Origin: an uncultured Rhizobiaceae bacterium | GTDB lineage: Bacteria; Pseudomonadota; Alphaproteobacteria; Rhizobiales; Rhizobiaceae | Direction of reading: 5' to 3' | DNA: 64,000 bases | Assembly: GCA_964249395.1 (NCBI GenBank) | Contig: CAXUCL010000001.1 | Span: 48,118-112,117 of the forward strand | In this document: positions 22,623-32,635 of the stretch, piece after piece | How positions within the stretch are numbered: the stretch's first letter is position 1 | How the letters are laid out: each line of letters begins with the position of its first letter | Notes under the pieces: model-generated | The model's database searches: none | Told to the model about the DNA's origin: nothing | What the model saw: the letters and a program-made list of their open reading frames with translations, nothing else | Made by a program: the position numbers and the translations under genes

Positions 22623-22724
22623 ACGGCTCCTATCCTGGCGTGAGCGCGAGCGTCGCAGACCGTTAACCAAGCGCTTACCCTACGCGAGGATCATGCACGG
22701 CAGTCCAGTGTATCGAGGTGCCGC

Positions 22725-24641
22725 ATGACCCGTGTGCCGACGCTGGACGATCGCGATGGCCGTTCGGGTCGGCAAGCCGGCGTCCGATCGCGCGCATCGA
22801 GGCAACTCGCCGTTCTCGGGACGACGACGGCTTTCGCCGCCTTGGGGTTTCTCGGCGCGGGAATGATGCCGCCGAGCTTCAAGGCGGAAGCCGAGATCGC
22901 GATCGAGATGCGTCTGCCTCCCGACCTCTTGGGCGAGGATGCCGCAACCGACGCGACCATTGCGGCGGCGCTGCATCGGCAAAGCCTCAATGCACAGATC
23001 GCGTCGCTGACCTCAAACGAGACGCTCGCCTCCGTGGCTGCGAGGCTGCGCGTTCCGGACCGTGCAGACTTCGCTTCGCTGGCGAGCCGCTTGTTCGAGA
23101 CCGTGCCGAGCGAAGACGGAGTCGATCAGGCGACGGCGGTTGTCGCGTTGCGCGAGACCCTTGTCGTCCGCCGTATCCCGAACACGGATCGCCTCACGAT
23201 CGGGTTCTCGTCGCGCGACCCGGTGCTCGCCCGCGACGTGCCCAACGCGATCGTCGCGGAGTATTCGCGGCAACGGACCCAGTGGCTGCAGGCGACCGAC
23301 GACGCCGAAACGAACCTGCGCGACGAAGAGGCGGCCGTGCTGCACGACGCGATACGGGTCGCCGAAGCGAAGCTGGCCGGCTATCGCGCACGGCTTGTCG
23401 CGGGCGGCGAGGGTTCAGCGGTGAAGTGGTCCGGTGACGGAGCCGAGGCTGCGAACCTCGTGGAGGCGCGGGCGGCCCGGGTGGCCGCTGAAACACGGCT
23501 GCAAGCGACCATCGAACGGCAGAGCGCGACGCGCGCGCAGATCGCCAAGCTTTCGACGACATTGCTGGACAACCACCCGCGCCTGAAGTCGCTCCGCTCG
23601 CAATCGCGCGAACTCGACGCCGAAGTCGCGAAGCTCGGCTCCGACGCGCGCGCCGGGCTCGAAGTCGAAGCGCTCGCCGCGCTCGGGACGGACGCGACTC
23701 GGGCATCGGTCGTCGCCACGCGGGTCGCGACTGACGCCGGGTTCTATACCGAGCTTCGCGCGCTCGAACGCGAAGTGGCCACGCGGCGCGAGCGGCTCGA
23801 AACCCATCTGGCGCTTCCCGTTGCCCCGACATCGTCGGCTGGCCAGCTTCCTCCGGCAAACGTGCGCTTGGTGTCGCCGGCGCTGCTGCCGACCGTGCCT
23901 GCTGCTCCGAACGTCTGGCTGATCACGGTCATCGGCGGCGCGCTCGGTCTGATCCTGTCCGGCCTTGGGCTTCTGATTGCGAAGCTTCGGAACGGTCGGC
24001 CCGGCGAACTCAACATCCCGAGCGACGGTTCCTCAGCGGACGAGGTAGGGGCTGCCGCGTCTCCCATCGACCTTGATCGGATTTCCGAAGCCGCAACGCC
24101 CGTCGAGATCGCGTCGGCGATCGAGCGGGCCGGCGTCGGGCGGGTCGTCGTGACGGGGTCCGAAACCGAAACCGCAGCGATCGGTGCGGTCGAGCTGTCA
24201 CGGTGCTTGGCGGCGCGGGGAAGGGCAACGGTTCTCGTGGATTTCACGACGGCCGCTTCGGCTGCGAAAGCGATGGGTCTCCTGTCCCAAACCATCGATG
24301 TCGTGTCGCTCGCGGCAAGCCCGACCGCTTTCGCGAACGCGATCCATCGCGACCGCGCGAGCGGTGCGCACGTTCTTGCGGCGGTTCTCGACGAAGGCCG
24401 CCTCCCAAGCGGCGCCGTCGACGTCGTTCTAGAAGCCCTGGGCGAGGCTTACGATCACGTCACAGTGGTAGCCGAGCCCAACCAGTCCGAGGCAATCGCG
24501 AACGTTGAAGGCCGTGCGACGGCGGTGGTTTTCGCTGACGCATCCGGCGACGGAAACTCGCTCGATCCGAATGTCACGCCGCCAGCGGATGCCGTGGCGA
24601 TGCGCGTCGTGGCGCCTGTCGATCGGGCGCTCGCCGCCTGA
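22725..24641 (+). CDS. Polysaccharide co-polymerase (GumC/Wzc-like; UppB-like), divergent
   Basis: Two TMs flanking a coiled-coil; IGFSSRDP.LA..VPN and LSTTLLDNHPRLK.L motifs; C-terminal kinase-like domain without a canonical Walker A. Confidence 0.78.
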   Translation: MTRVPTLDDRDGRSGRQAGVRSRASRQLAVLGTTTAFAALGFLGAGMMPPSFKAEAEIAIEMRLPPDLLGEDAATDATIAAALHRQSLNAQIASLTSNETLASVAARLRVPDRADFASLASRLFETVPSEDGVDQATAVVALRETLVVRRIPNTDRLTIGFSSRDPVLARDVPNAIVAEYSRQRTQWLQATDDAETNLRDEEAAVLHDAIRVAEAKLAGYRARLVAGGEGSAVKWSGDGAEAANLVEARAARVAAETRLQATIERQSATRAQIAKLSTTLLDNHPRLKSLRSQSRELDAEVAKLGSDARAGLEVEALAALGTDATRASVVATRVATDAGFYTELRALEREVATRRERLETHLALPVAPTSSAGQLPPANVRLVSPALLPTVPAAPNVWLITVIGGALGLILSGLGLLIAKLRNGRPGELNIPSDGSSADEVGAAASPIDLDRISEAATPVEIASAIERAGVGRVVVTGSETETAAIGAVELSRCLAARGRATVLVDFTTAASAAKAMGLLSQTIDVVSLAASPTAFANAIHRDRASGAHVLAAVLDEGRLPSGAVDVVLEALGEAYDHVTVVAEPNQSEAIANVEGRATAVVFADASGDGNSLDPNVTPPADAVAMRVVAPVDRALAA

Positions 24642-24663
24642 CGGCGAGCCCTCCCCGTCAGGT

Positions 24664-24888
24664 TCAGCGTTTCGGCTTCGCCTTGCCCGAATAGCCTTCC
24701 ATCCATCGGATGAGCAGCGCGGCCGGTGCGACCCACAGGAAACCGCTGACCAGGAAGAAGCCGAGATGCACCCAGCCGCTCGACTGCGCGAGGTGCAAGG
24801 ACGCGAACGCCGTCGCGAAGACCGCGTAGATGACGACCAGAACGATCATCAGCACCGTTCCGATCAGTTTGCGAAGGCGAAGCTGCAT
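24664..24888 (-). CDS. DUF2842 small membrane protein
   Basis: RLRKLIG...LVVIY..., G.LWV.PA..LIRWM; two TMs; divergent from ctaA. Confidence 0.82.
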   Translation of the reverse strand: MQLRLRKLIGTVLMIVLVVIYAVFATAFASLHLAQSSGWVHLGFFLVSGFLWVAPAALLIRWMEGYSGKAKPKR

Positions 24889-25038
24889 CGTCTGAAAGTC
24901 CGTTCGACGGTTCATCTATCTATGGGGTGGCGGCGCCGCGCGCCATCGCGGCCTCGTGCGACGCTTCGGCCACCTTGCGGGAGGCAGCACGAAACGCCAC
25001 ACCCTGCATGTCGCCGAAAGGATTGGTAGAGCCCGTCG

Positions 25039-26130
25039 ATGACCGTCGCCACGTTGCCCGTTCGCGAGTCCCGCATTTATGCCGAAGCGCGGAGCCTGAA
25101 ACCGGTCCGGATATGGCTCTACGCCGTCGCGCTCCTGCTCGTCGCGCTGGTGCTCGTCGGCGGCGCGACGCGCTTGACCGGCAGCGGCTTGTCGATCACC
25201 GAATGGAAGCCGTTGCACGGCGTCGTGCCGCCGTTGTCGACGGCGGATTGGGAAGCGGAGTTCTCGCTTTATCGGCAGATACCGCAGTATCAACAGATCA
25301 ATGCCGGCATGAGTCTGGCGGAGTTCAAGACGATCTTCTGGTGGGAATGGGCCCACCGCTTTCTCGCTCGGTTGATCGGCGTCCTGTATGCCGTGCCGCT
25401 GCTGTTCTTCTGGTTGAGCGACCGCCTTCCGTCGTCGCTGAAACCGCGCCTCCTCGTCATCCTGGCGCTCGGCGGGATGCAGGGCGCCATCGGCTGGTGG
25501 ATGGTCGCCTCCGGTCTCTCCGCGCGCACGGACGTCAGCCAGTATCGGCTCGCCGTGCATCTGACGACGGCTTGCGTCATTCTTGCTGCGGTTCTTTGGG
25601 TCGCCCGTGGAATCGCCCGGCAGTCTGACGATCCGCCACCGACCCGCGCGTCCGTGTATGTCGGCGGGCTCATCGTGCTGCTCGCCCTCGTCCAGATCTA
25701 TCTCGGCGGTTTGGTCGCCGGACTCGACGCCGGCTTGACGTTCAACACGTGGCCCCTGATGGACGGCCGCCTCGTGCCGGACGGGCTTCTCGCCGCACAG
25801 CCGCTTTGGCGGAACTTCTTCGAGAACGTGATGACCGTGCAGTTCGTCCACCGGGCGAGCGCCTACCTGCTGCTCGCGGCCGTCGTCGTCCACGCCGTCG
25901 CCTCGCTCGTTCTCGCGCCGGGAACGAGTCATGCGCGCGGTGCGGCGCTGCTCGTCCTCGTCGTTTTAACGCAGGCCGCGATCGGCGTCGCGACGTTGTT
26001 GCTGGCGGTGCCGATCGGCTGGGGCTTGCTGCATCAGGCGGGCGCGCTCGCCGTGCTGGCGGCGACCGTCGTCCATGCGCGAGGCTTGGCCGGACCGTAC
26101 CGCTTCATGCGTGGACGCTACGCCGGCTGA
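25039..26130 (+). CDS. ctaA: Heme A synthase (COX15/CtaA type 2)
   Basis: [50 protein letters not shown]. Confidence 0.95.
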   Translation: MTVATLPVRESRIYAEARSLKPVRIWLYAVALLLVALVLVGGATRLTGSGLSITEWKPLHGVVPPLSTADWEAEFSLYRQIPQYQQINAGMSLAEFKTIFWWEWAHRFLARLIGVLYAVPLLFFWLSDRLPSSLKPRLLVILALGGMQGAIGWWMVASGLSARTDVSQYRLAVHLTTACVILAAVLWVARGIARQSDDPPPTRASVYVGGLIVLLALVQIYLGGLVAGLDAGLTFNTWPLMDGRLVPDGLLAAQPLWRNFFENVMTVQFVHRASAYLLLAAVVVHAVASLVLAPGTSHARGAALLVLVVLTQAAIGVATLLLAVPIGWGLLHQAGALAVLAATVVHARGLAGPYRFMRGRYAG

Positions 26131-26142
26131 CGCGGGTAGCCT

Positions 26143-27069
26143 TCAGCGGCCGAGCATCAGATCGAGGTTCTGCACCGCGGCGCCCGAAGCGCCCTTGCCG
26201 AGGTTGTCGAGGATCGCGATGAGGTTGACCAGCCGTCCGTCGGGCGAGCCGAACACGAGGAGCTTCATCCGGTCGGTCCCGGCAAGTTCGGTCGGGTCGA
26301 GCCGTTTCAGCTCGCGGCCTTCCGCCAACGGGACGACGGTCACGGCGTCCTGCCCGGCGTAGTGCTCGGCGAGCGCCGCGTGCATATCGTCCGCGCCGCC
26401 GCCGTCCGGTGCGACCCGGAGCGGCACCTGCACCAGCATCCCTTGCGCGAAACGGCCGACGGACGGGGCGAACAGCGGGTCGGCGCCGAGCAGCGCGAAG
26501 GTCCGCATCTCCGGCAGGTGCTTGTGCTGCAAGTCGAGGCCGTAGAGGAAGTGCGGCGCGGCGATGTGGTCGGGTCGCCCGGCGTCCTCCATCTGCGCGA
26601 TGAGTTGCTTGCCGCCGCCCGTGTAGCCGGACACGGCGTTCACCGAGACTGGATAGTTGGCGGCGATCAATCCGGCTTGGCGCAGCGGCCGCAGAAGCGC
26701 GATCGCCCCGGTCGGATAGCAGCCAGGGTTGGCGACGCGTGCGGACGCTGCGATGCGCTCGGCCTGGCCTTTCTCCAACTCCGGAAAACCGTAGGCCCAG
26801 TCGGGGTCGGTGCGGTGTGCGGTGCTCGTATCGATGACGCGCGTCGCGTCGTTGCCGCCGAGCAGCGCGACGGCCTCGCGCGCCGCGTCGTCCGGCAGGC
26901 AGAGGATGGCGACGTCGGCCGCGTTCAGCATGTCCTCGCGCATCGCGGCGTTTCGGCGCTCGGCCTCGGGGATCGACAAGAGCTCGATGTCGCGACGACC
27001 GGCCATGCGCTGGCGGATCTGCAGGCCGGTCGTGCCGTGCTCGCCGTCGATGAAGATGCGCGGTGCCAT
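26143..27069 (-). CDS. argC: N-acetyl-gamma-glutamyl-phosphate reductase (type 2)
   Basis: [45 protein letters not shown]. Confidence 0.96.
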   Translation of the reverse strand: MAPRIFIDGEHGTTGLQIRQRMAGRRDIELLSIPEAERRNAAMREDMLNAADVAILCLPDDAAREAVALLGGNDATRVIDTSTAHRTDPDWAYGFPELEKGQAERIAASARVANPGCYPTGAIALLRPLRQAGLIAANYPVSVNAVSGYTGGGKQLIAQMEDAGRPDHIAAPHFLYGLDLQHKHLPEMRTFALLGADPLFAPSVGRFAQGMLVQVPLRVAPDGGGADDMHAALAEHYAGQDAVTVVPLAEGRELKRLDPTELAGTDRMKLLVFGSPDGRLVNLIAILDNLGKGASGAAVQNLDLMLGR

Positions 27070-27074
27070 TCGCG

Positions 27075-28022
27075 TCAAGCGCCCTTCTTTTCCGCCAGGA
27101 TGCCGAGGACGTACATGGCGACCGTCGAAGCCGCGATCGCGGTAACGTCCGCGTGGTCGTAGGGCGGCGACACCTCGACCACGTCGGCGCCGACGAGCTG
27201 CATGTTCTTCAAGTGATGCAACACCGCCAGCATCTTGGCGCTGGACGGACCTCCGGCGACCGGCGTTCCCGTGCCCGGCGCGAAGGCGGCATCGAGGCAG
27301 TCGATGTCGAACGTCAGGTAGACGTTGGTGCCACCCGTTCGCTCGTAGACGCGCTTGGCGATGGAGACGCTCGGCAGGTCTTCGACCTCCTCGCCGTGCA
27401 TGATCTCGAGCCCGAAGGTTTCCGGCGCGTGGGTGCGGATTCCAATCTGGATCGAAGTCTCCGGATCGACGAGGTCGCTCGCGACGGCCGCGGTCAGGAA
27501 CGAGCCGTGATCGACGCGCGACCCCGCCACCGACCAGGTGTCCTGGTGCGCGTCGAAATGGACGAGGGAAAGCTTGCCGTGTCGCTCGGCATGGGCCTGG
27601 AGCAGCGGCCAGGTGATCGAGTGGTCGCCGCCGAGCGTCAAGAGAAAGCCGGTCTGCCCGAGCAGCTTCGCCGCCTCGGCCCGGATCGTCTCGTGCGCGG
27701 TCTCGGGCGTCCGGTAGTCGAGCCGGCAATCACCGTAGTCGACGACGCTCAAGGCCTCGAACAGGTCGCGCTTGAACGGATATTGCGGATCGTTGTCGAA
27801 GATTTGCGATGCGCGCCGGATCGCGGCCGGCCCGAAGCGGGCGCCTGGCCGATTGGAAACGGCGGCGTCGAACGGCACGCCCCAGATTGTCACGTCGGCG
27901 CCGGCCGGCGATTTGGTCAGGCGGCGGCGCATGAAGGAGGCGACGCCCGCATAGGTCGGGTCACCGGCCGCGCCGAAGGAAGAGTCGGCCGTGAAGGCGT
28001 GGTCGATCGAGGGTCCGGCCAT
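27075..28022 (-). CDS. speB: Agmatinase (ureohydrolase family)
   Basis: [43 protein letters not shown]. Confidence 0.9.
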   Translation of the reverse strand: MAGPSIDHAFTADSSFGAAGDPTYAGVASFMRRRLTKSPAGADVTIWGVPFDAAVSNRPGARFGPAAIRRASQIFDNDPQYPFKRDLFEALSVVDYGDCRLDYRTPETAHETIRAEAAKLLGQTGFLLTLGGDHSITWPLLQAHAERHGKLSLVHFDAHQDTWSVAGSRVDHGSFLTAAVASDLVDPETSIQIGIRTHAPETFGLEIMHGEEVEDLPSVSIAKRVYERTGGTNVYLTFDIDCLDAAFAPGTGTPVAGGPSSAKMLAVLHHLKNMQLVGADVVEVSPPYDHADVTAIAASTVAMYVLGILAEKKGA

Positions 28023-28037
28023 GAGCTGCTCGCAACG

Positions 28038-28066
28038 AAAAAGGGCCGCGGACGATCCGCGGCCCT
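28038..28066 (-). terminator. Intrinsic terminator of rplM-rpsI
   Basis: Stem AGGGCCGCGGA/TCCGCGGCCCT, with an A-run at 28038-28042 forming the U-tract on the minus strand. Confidence 0.75.
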
Positions 28067-28088
28067 CCGAGAAGCGAAGTAAGGCGGC

Positions 28089-28559
28089 TCAGCGCTTGGA
28101 GAACTGGAACGACCGGCGGGCCTTCGCCTTGCCGTACTTCTTGCGCTCCACGACGCGGCTGTCGCGGGTCAGGAAGCCACCCTTCTTCAGCACGGGACGC
28201 AGGCCCGGCTCGTAGTAGGTGAGCGCCTTCGAGATACCGTGCCGCACGGCGCCCGCTTGGCCCGACAGGCCGCCGCCGACGACGGTCGCGACCACGTCGA
28301 ACTGCCCGTCGCGACCGGCCGCGACGATCGGCTGCTGCAGCACCATCTGCAGCACCGGGCGGGCGAAGTAGGCCGAGAACTCCTTGTCGTTCACGGTGAT
28401 CTTGCCCTTGCCGGGCTTGACCCAGACACGGGCGACCGCGTCCTTGCGCTTGCCGGTAGCGTAGGCGCGGCCCTGTGCGTCGATCTTCTGCACGTGGACC
28501 GGCGCGTCGGCCATCGTTTCGGCCGTCTGCAGGTCCTGGAGGGAGGAGAGCTGGGACAT
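28089..28559 (-). CDS. rpsI: 30S ribosomal protein S9
   Basis: [50 protein letters not shown]. Confidence 0.98.
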   Translation of the reverse strand: MSQLSSLQDLQTAETMADAPVHVQKIDAQGRAYATGKRKDAVARVWVKPGKGKITVNDKEFSAYFARPVLQMVLQQPIVAAGRDGQFDVVATVVGGGLSGQAGAVRHGISKALTYYEPGLRPVLKKGGFLTRDSRVVERKKYGKAKARRSFQFSKR

Positions 28560-29023
28560 CAGGCGGCCCTCTTGTTCTTCGGGTTCATCGCGGCGATGTC
28601 GAGCGTTTCCGGCTTCTGCGCCTCGTGCGGATGAGCGGCGCCGGCATAGACGCGCAGGTTGCGCAGTTGCTGGCGGGCGAGCGGACCCTCGGGCAGCATG
28701 CGCTCGATGGCCTTCTCGACGACGCGCTCCGGGAAGCGGCCTTCGAGGATCTGTCGCGCCTTGCGCTCCTTGAGACCGCCCGGATGGCCGGTGTGCCAGT
28801 AGTAGGTCTTGTCCGCGTACTTCTTGCCCGTGAACACGACCTTGTCGGCGTTCACGATGATGACGTTGTCGCCGTCGTCGACGTGCGGCGTGAACGTGGC
28901 CTTGTGCTTGCCGCGAAGGCGAAGCGCGACGAGGGAGGCGAGGCGGCCGACGACGAGCCCTTCGGCGTCGATCAGCACCCACTTCTTCTCCACCGTCTCG
29001 TTTTTCTGCGAGAAGGTCTTCAT
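28559..29023 (-). CDS. rplM: 50S ribosomal protein L13
   Basis: [44 protein letters not shown]. Confidence 0.98.
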   Translation of the reverse strand: MKTFSQKNETVEKKWVLIDAEGLVVGRLASLVALRLRGKHKATFTPHVDDGDNVIIVNADKVVFTGKKYADKTYYWHTGHPGGLKERKARQILEGRFPERVVEKAIERMLPEGPLARQQLRNLRVYAGAAHPHEAQKPETLDIAAMNPKNKRAA

Positions 29024-29098
29024 TCGAAATCCTGTGGGATGAACGGGACGACGCCGGGCTCGAACCCGCAAACGGCAACCACAGTCGCGTCGAGGGCG

Positions 29099-29127
29099 GG
29101 AATAACTGCATAAGTCGCGACTGTCAA
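29099..29127 (-). promoter_or_regulatory. sigma70 promoter of rplM-rpsI
   Basis: Minus strand TTGACA-N17-TATTCC. Confidence 0.65.
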
Positions 29128-29184
29128 TCATAAACGACGCATTCAAGTGGCGAAACCGCAATGAAAACAATGAGCAGTATGAGA

Positions 29185-29222
29185 GGTATATAGATACCGT
29201 TATCACGGTAATCGAATACCGT
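29185..29222. repeat. Tandem palindromes, 2x GGTA-N6-TACC with 22-bp period
   Basis: GGTATATAGATACC (29185-29198) and ACGGTAATCGAATACCGT (29205-29222) in a strongly AT-rich patch. Confidence 0.7.
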
Positions 29223-29314
29223 ATCAGCTTGCGAGCTTAAACCGTCGCTCGGACGTCTTCCGATCGTGACAGGATAGTTTAGAGATCCGCGGTCCAAACG
29301 GGAGGGTGCGTGTC

Positions 29315-30133
29315 ATGGGCGACATCGTGAACATGGGCGACGGCGCCACGCATCCGGTCACGTCGGTCACGGCGGGACACGTGCGGCGCCTCACCTTGTC
29401 CAACCCGCCGGCGAACGCCCTGTCGATGGCGACCATGGATGCGCTATCGGCGAGCCTGGGTGAGGCGGAGCGTGACCCGGAATGCCGCGTCGTGGTCATC
29501 GCCGCCACCGGCCGCGTCTTTTCGGCCGGTCACGACCTGAAGGAGCTGACCGCCCATCGCGGCGACCCGGACCGCGGCCGCGGCTTCTTCGTCGACGCGC
29601 TGCGGCGATGCTCGACGCTGATGCAGGCGATCGTCCGGCACCCGAAGCCGGTGATCGCCGAGGTCGCGGGTCTTGCCACCGCCGCCGGCTGCCAACTCGT
29701 CGCGAGCTGCGATCTCGCCATCGCGTCGGAGAACGCGACCTTCTGCACGCCGGGCGTCAACATCGGGCTGTTCTGCTCGACGCCGATGGTGGCGTTGTCG
29801 CGCAACCTGTCGCGCAAGCACGCGATGGAGATGCTGCTGACGGGCGAGACGATCGACGCGCGCGCCGCCCGCGATTTCGGCCTCGTCAACCGCGTCGTGC
29901 CGCCGGAATACCTGACGACGGTGGTCGAGAAATACGCTGGCGTCATCGCCGCGAAGTCGCCGCTGATCGTCCGGACGGGCAAGCAGGCATTCTACCGGCA
30001 GGCGGACATGGAACTCGCTGAGGCCTACGACTACGCGTCCGGCGTCATGGTCGAAAACCTGCTGGCCCGCGACGCCGAAGAGGGAATCGGCGCCTTTCTC
30101 GAGAAGCGGACCGCGCACTGGACGGGTGCGTGA
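29315..30133 (+). CDS. Enoyl-CoA hydratase/isomerase family protein
   Basis: FSAGHDLKE, ATAAGCQLVASCDLA, TPGVNIGLFCSTP; RBS GGAGGG. Confidence 0.92.
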   Translation: MGDIVNMGDGATHPVTSVTAGHVRRLTLSNPPANALSMATMDALSASLGEAERDPECRVVVIAATGRVFSAGHDLKELTAHRGDPDRGRGFFVDALRRCSTLMQAIVRHPKPVIAEVAGLATAAGCQLVASCDLAIASENATFCTPGVNIGLFCSTPMVALSRNLSRKHAMEMLLTGETIDARAARDFGLVNRVVPPEYLTTVVEKYAGVIAAKSPLIVRTGKQAFYRQADMELAEAYDYASGVMVENLLARDAEEGIGAFLEKRTAHWTGA

Positions 30134-30660
30134 GCGTGGAGCGACTGCACTACCCGGACGACAAGATCCGCCGCATCCTTGCCGAAACGCGGTTCGTGGC
30201 GATGGTCGGCGCGAGCGCCAATCCATCGCGACCGTCCTACTTCGTCCTCAAGTATCTGCTCGGGAAAGGTTTCCACGTTTATCCGGTCAATCCCGGCCAG
30301 ACCGGCAAACCCATCCTCGGCACGGTCTTCGTCGCCGATCTGGCGAGCGTGCCGGCGCCGATCGACATGGTGGACGTGTTCCGCCCAAGCGACGCGGTTC
30401 CAGGCATCGTGGACGAGATGCTGGCGCTCGATCCGCGCCCGAGGGTGCTCTGGACGCAGCTCACGGTCCGCCACGACGAGGCGGCGGCGCGGGCGGAAGC
30501 TGCCGGCATCGAGGTCGTCATGGACCGCTGCCCGAAGATCGAGTTCGCGCGGCTGTCCGGCGAGATCGGCTGGAACGGCGTCAACTCGCGCGTTCTGTCG
30601 TCGCGCCGACCAACGATGCAGGGCGGTTTCCAGAGCCGGGGCCTTCTGCCCCGGTCCTGA
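30130..30660 (+). CDS. CoA-binding protein (YccU-like)
   Basis: AMVGAS.NPSRPS..V..YL, VYPVNP, IDMVDVFR, W.QL, VVMDRCPKIE. Confidence 0.92.
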   Translation: MSVERLHYPDDKIRRILAETRFVAMVGASANPSRPSYFVLKYLLGKGFHVYPVNPGQTGKPILGTVFVADLASVPAPIDMVDVFRPSDAVPGIVDEMLALDPRPRVLWTQLTVRHDEAAARAEAAGIEVVMDRCPKIEFARLSGEIGWNGVNSRVLSSRRPTMQGGFQSRGLLPRS

Positions 30661-30764
30661 GGCGCGCGCATTCTCGCGCGGCGCGGGAGCGTTGGGGAGT
30701 ACCCTTGCCTCGCAGCGGCGCGGCTGCGATGCCACTGTGCTGATCTGCAGGAGGAGAAAGGGCG

Positions 30765-32045
30765 ATGAGCAACGCACCGGGTTTCGAGACGCTGGCGATC
30801 CATGCCGGCGCCGCGCCCGATCCGGCGACGGGCGCGCGGGCGACGCCGATCTACCAGACGACGTCGTTCGTCTTCAACGACGTGGATCACGCCGCCGCGC
30901 TGTTCGGCCTGCAGCAGTTCGGCAACATCTACACGCGCATCATGAACCCGACGCAAGCCGTGCTGGAGGAGCGGGTGGCGGCGCTCGAAGGCGGGGCGGC
31001 GGCGCTCGCCGTCGCGTCGGGGCACGCGGCGCAGCTTCTCGTGTTCCACGCGCTGATGCAGCCGGGCGACGACTTCGTCGCCTCGCGCAAGCTCTACGGC
31101 GGCTCGATCAACCAGTTCGGCCATTCGTTCAAATCGTTCGGCTGGACCGTCAACTGGGCCGATCCGTTCGACCTTTCGGGCTTCGAGGCGGCGATCGGGG
31201 ACCGCACGAAGGCGATCTTCATCGAGTCGATCGCCAACCCCGGCGGCGTGGTGATGGACATCGCCGCGGTGGCCGAGATCGCCCACCGGCACGGCCTGCC
31301 GCTGATCGTCGACAACACGATGGCGACGCCATACTTGTGCCGACCGATCGAACACGGGGCCGATGTCGTCGTCCATTCGTTGACGAAGTTCATGGGCGGC
31401 CACGGCAACTCCATCGGCGGCGTCATCGTCGATTGCGGCACGTTCGACTGGTCCGCGACCGATCGCTATCCGATGCTGTCGCAGCCGCGTGCCGAGTATG
31501 CCGGCATCACGCTGCACGAGACCTTCGGCAATTTCGCCTTCGCCATCGCCTGCCGCGTCCTCGGCTTGCGCGACCTCGGCCCCGCGATCTCCCCCTTCAA
31601 CGCCTTTCTGATCCTCACCGGCATCGAGACGCTGCCCCTGCGCATGCAGCGTCACTGCGACAACGCCCTCGCGGTCGCTGCGCACCTGCAACGGCACGAG
31701 AAGGTCGCCTGGGTGTCCTATGCCGGCCTGCCGGACGATCCGGGCCACGCCAACATGCTGCGCTATGCGCCGAACGGGGCGGGCGCCGTGTTCACCTTCG
31801 GGCTGAAGGGGGGCTACGATGCCGGCGTCGCCTTCGTTCAGGGCTTGGAGCTGTTCTCCCACCTCGCCAACATCGGCGACACACGCTCGCTGGTGATCCA
31901 TCCCGCTTCGACCACGCACCGGCAGCTCGCGTCGGACCAGCAGGTCGCCGCCGGTGCCGGACCCGACGTGGTGCGGCTGTCGATCGGCATCGAGAACGTC
32001 GCCGACATCGTCGCCGATCTCGACCAGGCTTTGGCCAGGACCTGA
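30765..32045 (+). CDS. metY: O-acetylhomoserine aminocarboxypropyltransferase (sulfhydrylase)
   Basis: ATPIYQTTSF, GNIYTRIMNPT, HSLTKFMGGHG (PLP Lys), HLANIGD.RSL.IHPASTTH. Confidence 0.94.
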   Translation: MSNAPGFETLAIHAGAAPDPATGARATPIYQTTSFVFNDVDHAAALFGLQQFGNIYTRIMNPTQAVLEERVAALEGGAAALAVASGHAAQLLVFHALMQPGDDFVASRKLYGGSINQFGHSFKSFGWTVNWADPFDLSGFEAAIGDRTKAIFIESIANPGGVVMDIAAVAEIAHRHGLPLIVDNTMATPYLCRPIEHGADVVVHSLTKFMGGHGNSIGGVIVDCGTFDWSATDRYPMLSQPRAEYAGITLHETFGNFAFAIACRVLGLRDLGPAISPFNAFLILTGIETLPLRMQRHCDNALAVAAHLQRHEKVAWVSYAGLPDDPGHANMLRYAPNGAGAVFTFGLKGGYDAGVAFVQGLELFSHLANIGDTRSLVIHPASTTHRQLASDQQVAAGAGPDVVRLSIGIENVADIVADLDQALART

Positions 32046-32047
32046 CG

Positions 32048-32401
32048 ATGGACCGCAGCGCGAACCTTCTCGTCTTCGATACCGAATCGGTCGCGTCGGA
32101 GAGCGGCCGGCCGGCGCCCGACCGGATCGAGAGCGGCGACCCGGTCAACCGCACCTGGAACTTCGAGGACGACGGGGAGGGATTGTATTCGGGCGTGTGG
32201 GAGTCGACGCCCGGCGAATGGCGGGTCGACTACACGGAGTGGGAGTTCTGCCATCTCCTCGCCGGCGTGTCCGTGCTGACCGAGGAGGGCGGCGCGGCGG
32301 TCACGCTCCGGGCCGGCGACAGCTTCGTCATCCGACCGGGCTTCCGCGGGACGTGGCGCGTCGTCGAAACGACGCGCAAGCATTACGTGATCAAAACGTA
32401 G
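32048..32401 (+). CDS. Cupin (DUF861/EutQ-like)
   Basis: GVWESTPGEWRV.Y.EWEFCHLL.G, AGDSFVI.PGF.GTW.V.ET.RK.YVI. Confidence 0.88.
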   Translation: MDRSANLLVFDTESVASESGRPAPDRIESGDPVNRTWNFEDDGEGLYSGVWESTPGEWRVDYTEWEFCHLLAGVSVLTEEGGAAVTLRAGDSFVIRPGFRGTWRVVETTRKHYVIKT

Positions 32402-32635
32402 AGCCTCCGCGCGTTCGTGCGGTCCATTCTCGTCGTTGTTTCGGCTTCTTGGGCACCGCCCGGGATCGTTGCCATAACCGCCGACGCCTGCGCCGGAGGT
32501 CGAGGACGACTGTCGTCCCAGACGGTCTCAATAGCAGGAGTGGCTTGGAACGGGTCCCGGGTCGAGCCCGGGACGGCGAGGCGGCAGGAAGAGTATGAAA
32601 TCCGACCTGCGAGCCGTCGAAACGTCAGGCGGCGC

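Noticed and set aside
19288-24641. Integrative element or prophage at tRNA-Pro
   Set aside because: No integrase or phage genes and no downstream copy of the tRNA 3' end seen. The 9-bp CTCCGACCA at 7072-7080 is upstream and too short to be meaningful.
29100-29135. dif-like sequence (ACTGCATAA...)
   Set aside because: No TTATG-type XerD arm at the right spacing; the sequence is explained by the rplM sigma70 promoter on the minus strand.
32402-32635. Gap between convergent cupin and SOUL genes with hairpin GTCCCGGG-TCGAG-CCCGGGAC (32554-32574) and short ORFs
   Set aside because: Single hairpin without a U-tract or other copies in the window; the short ORFs lack an RBS and typical codon usage.
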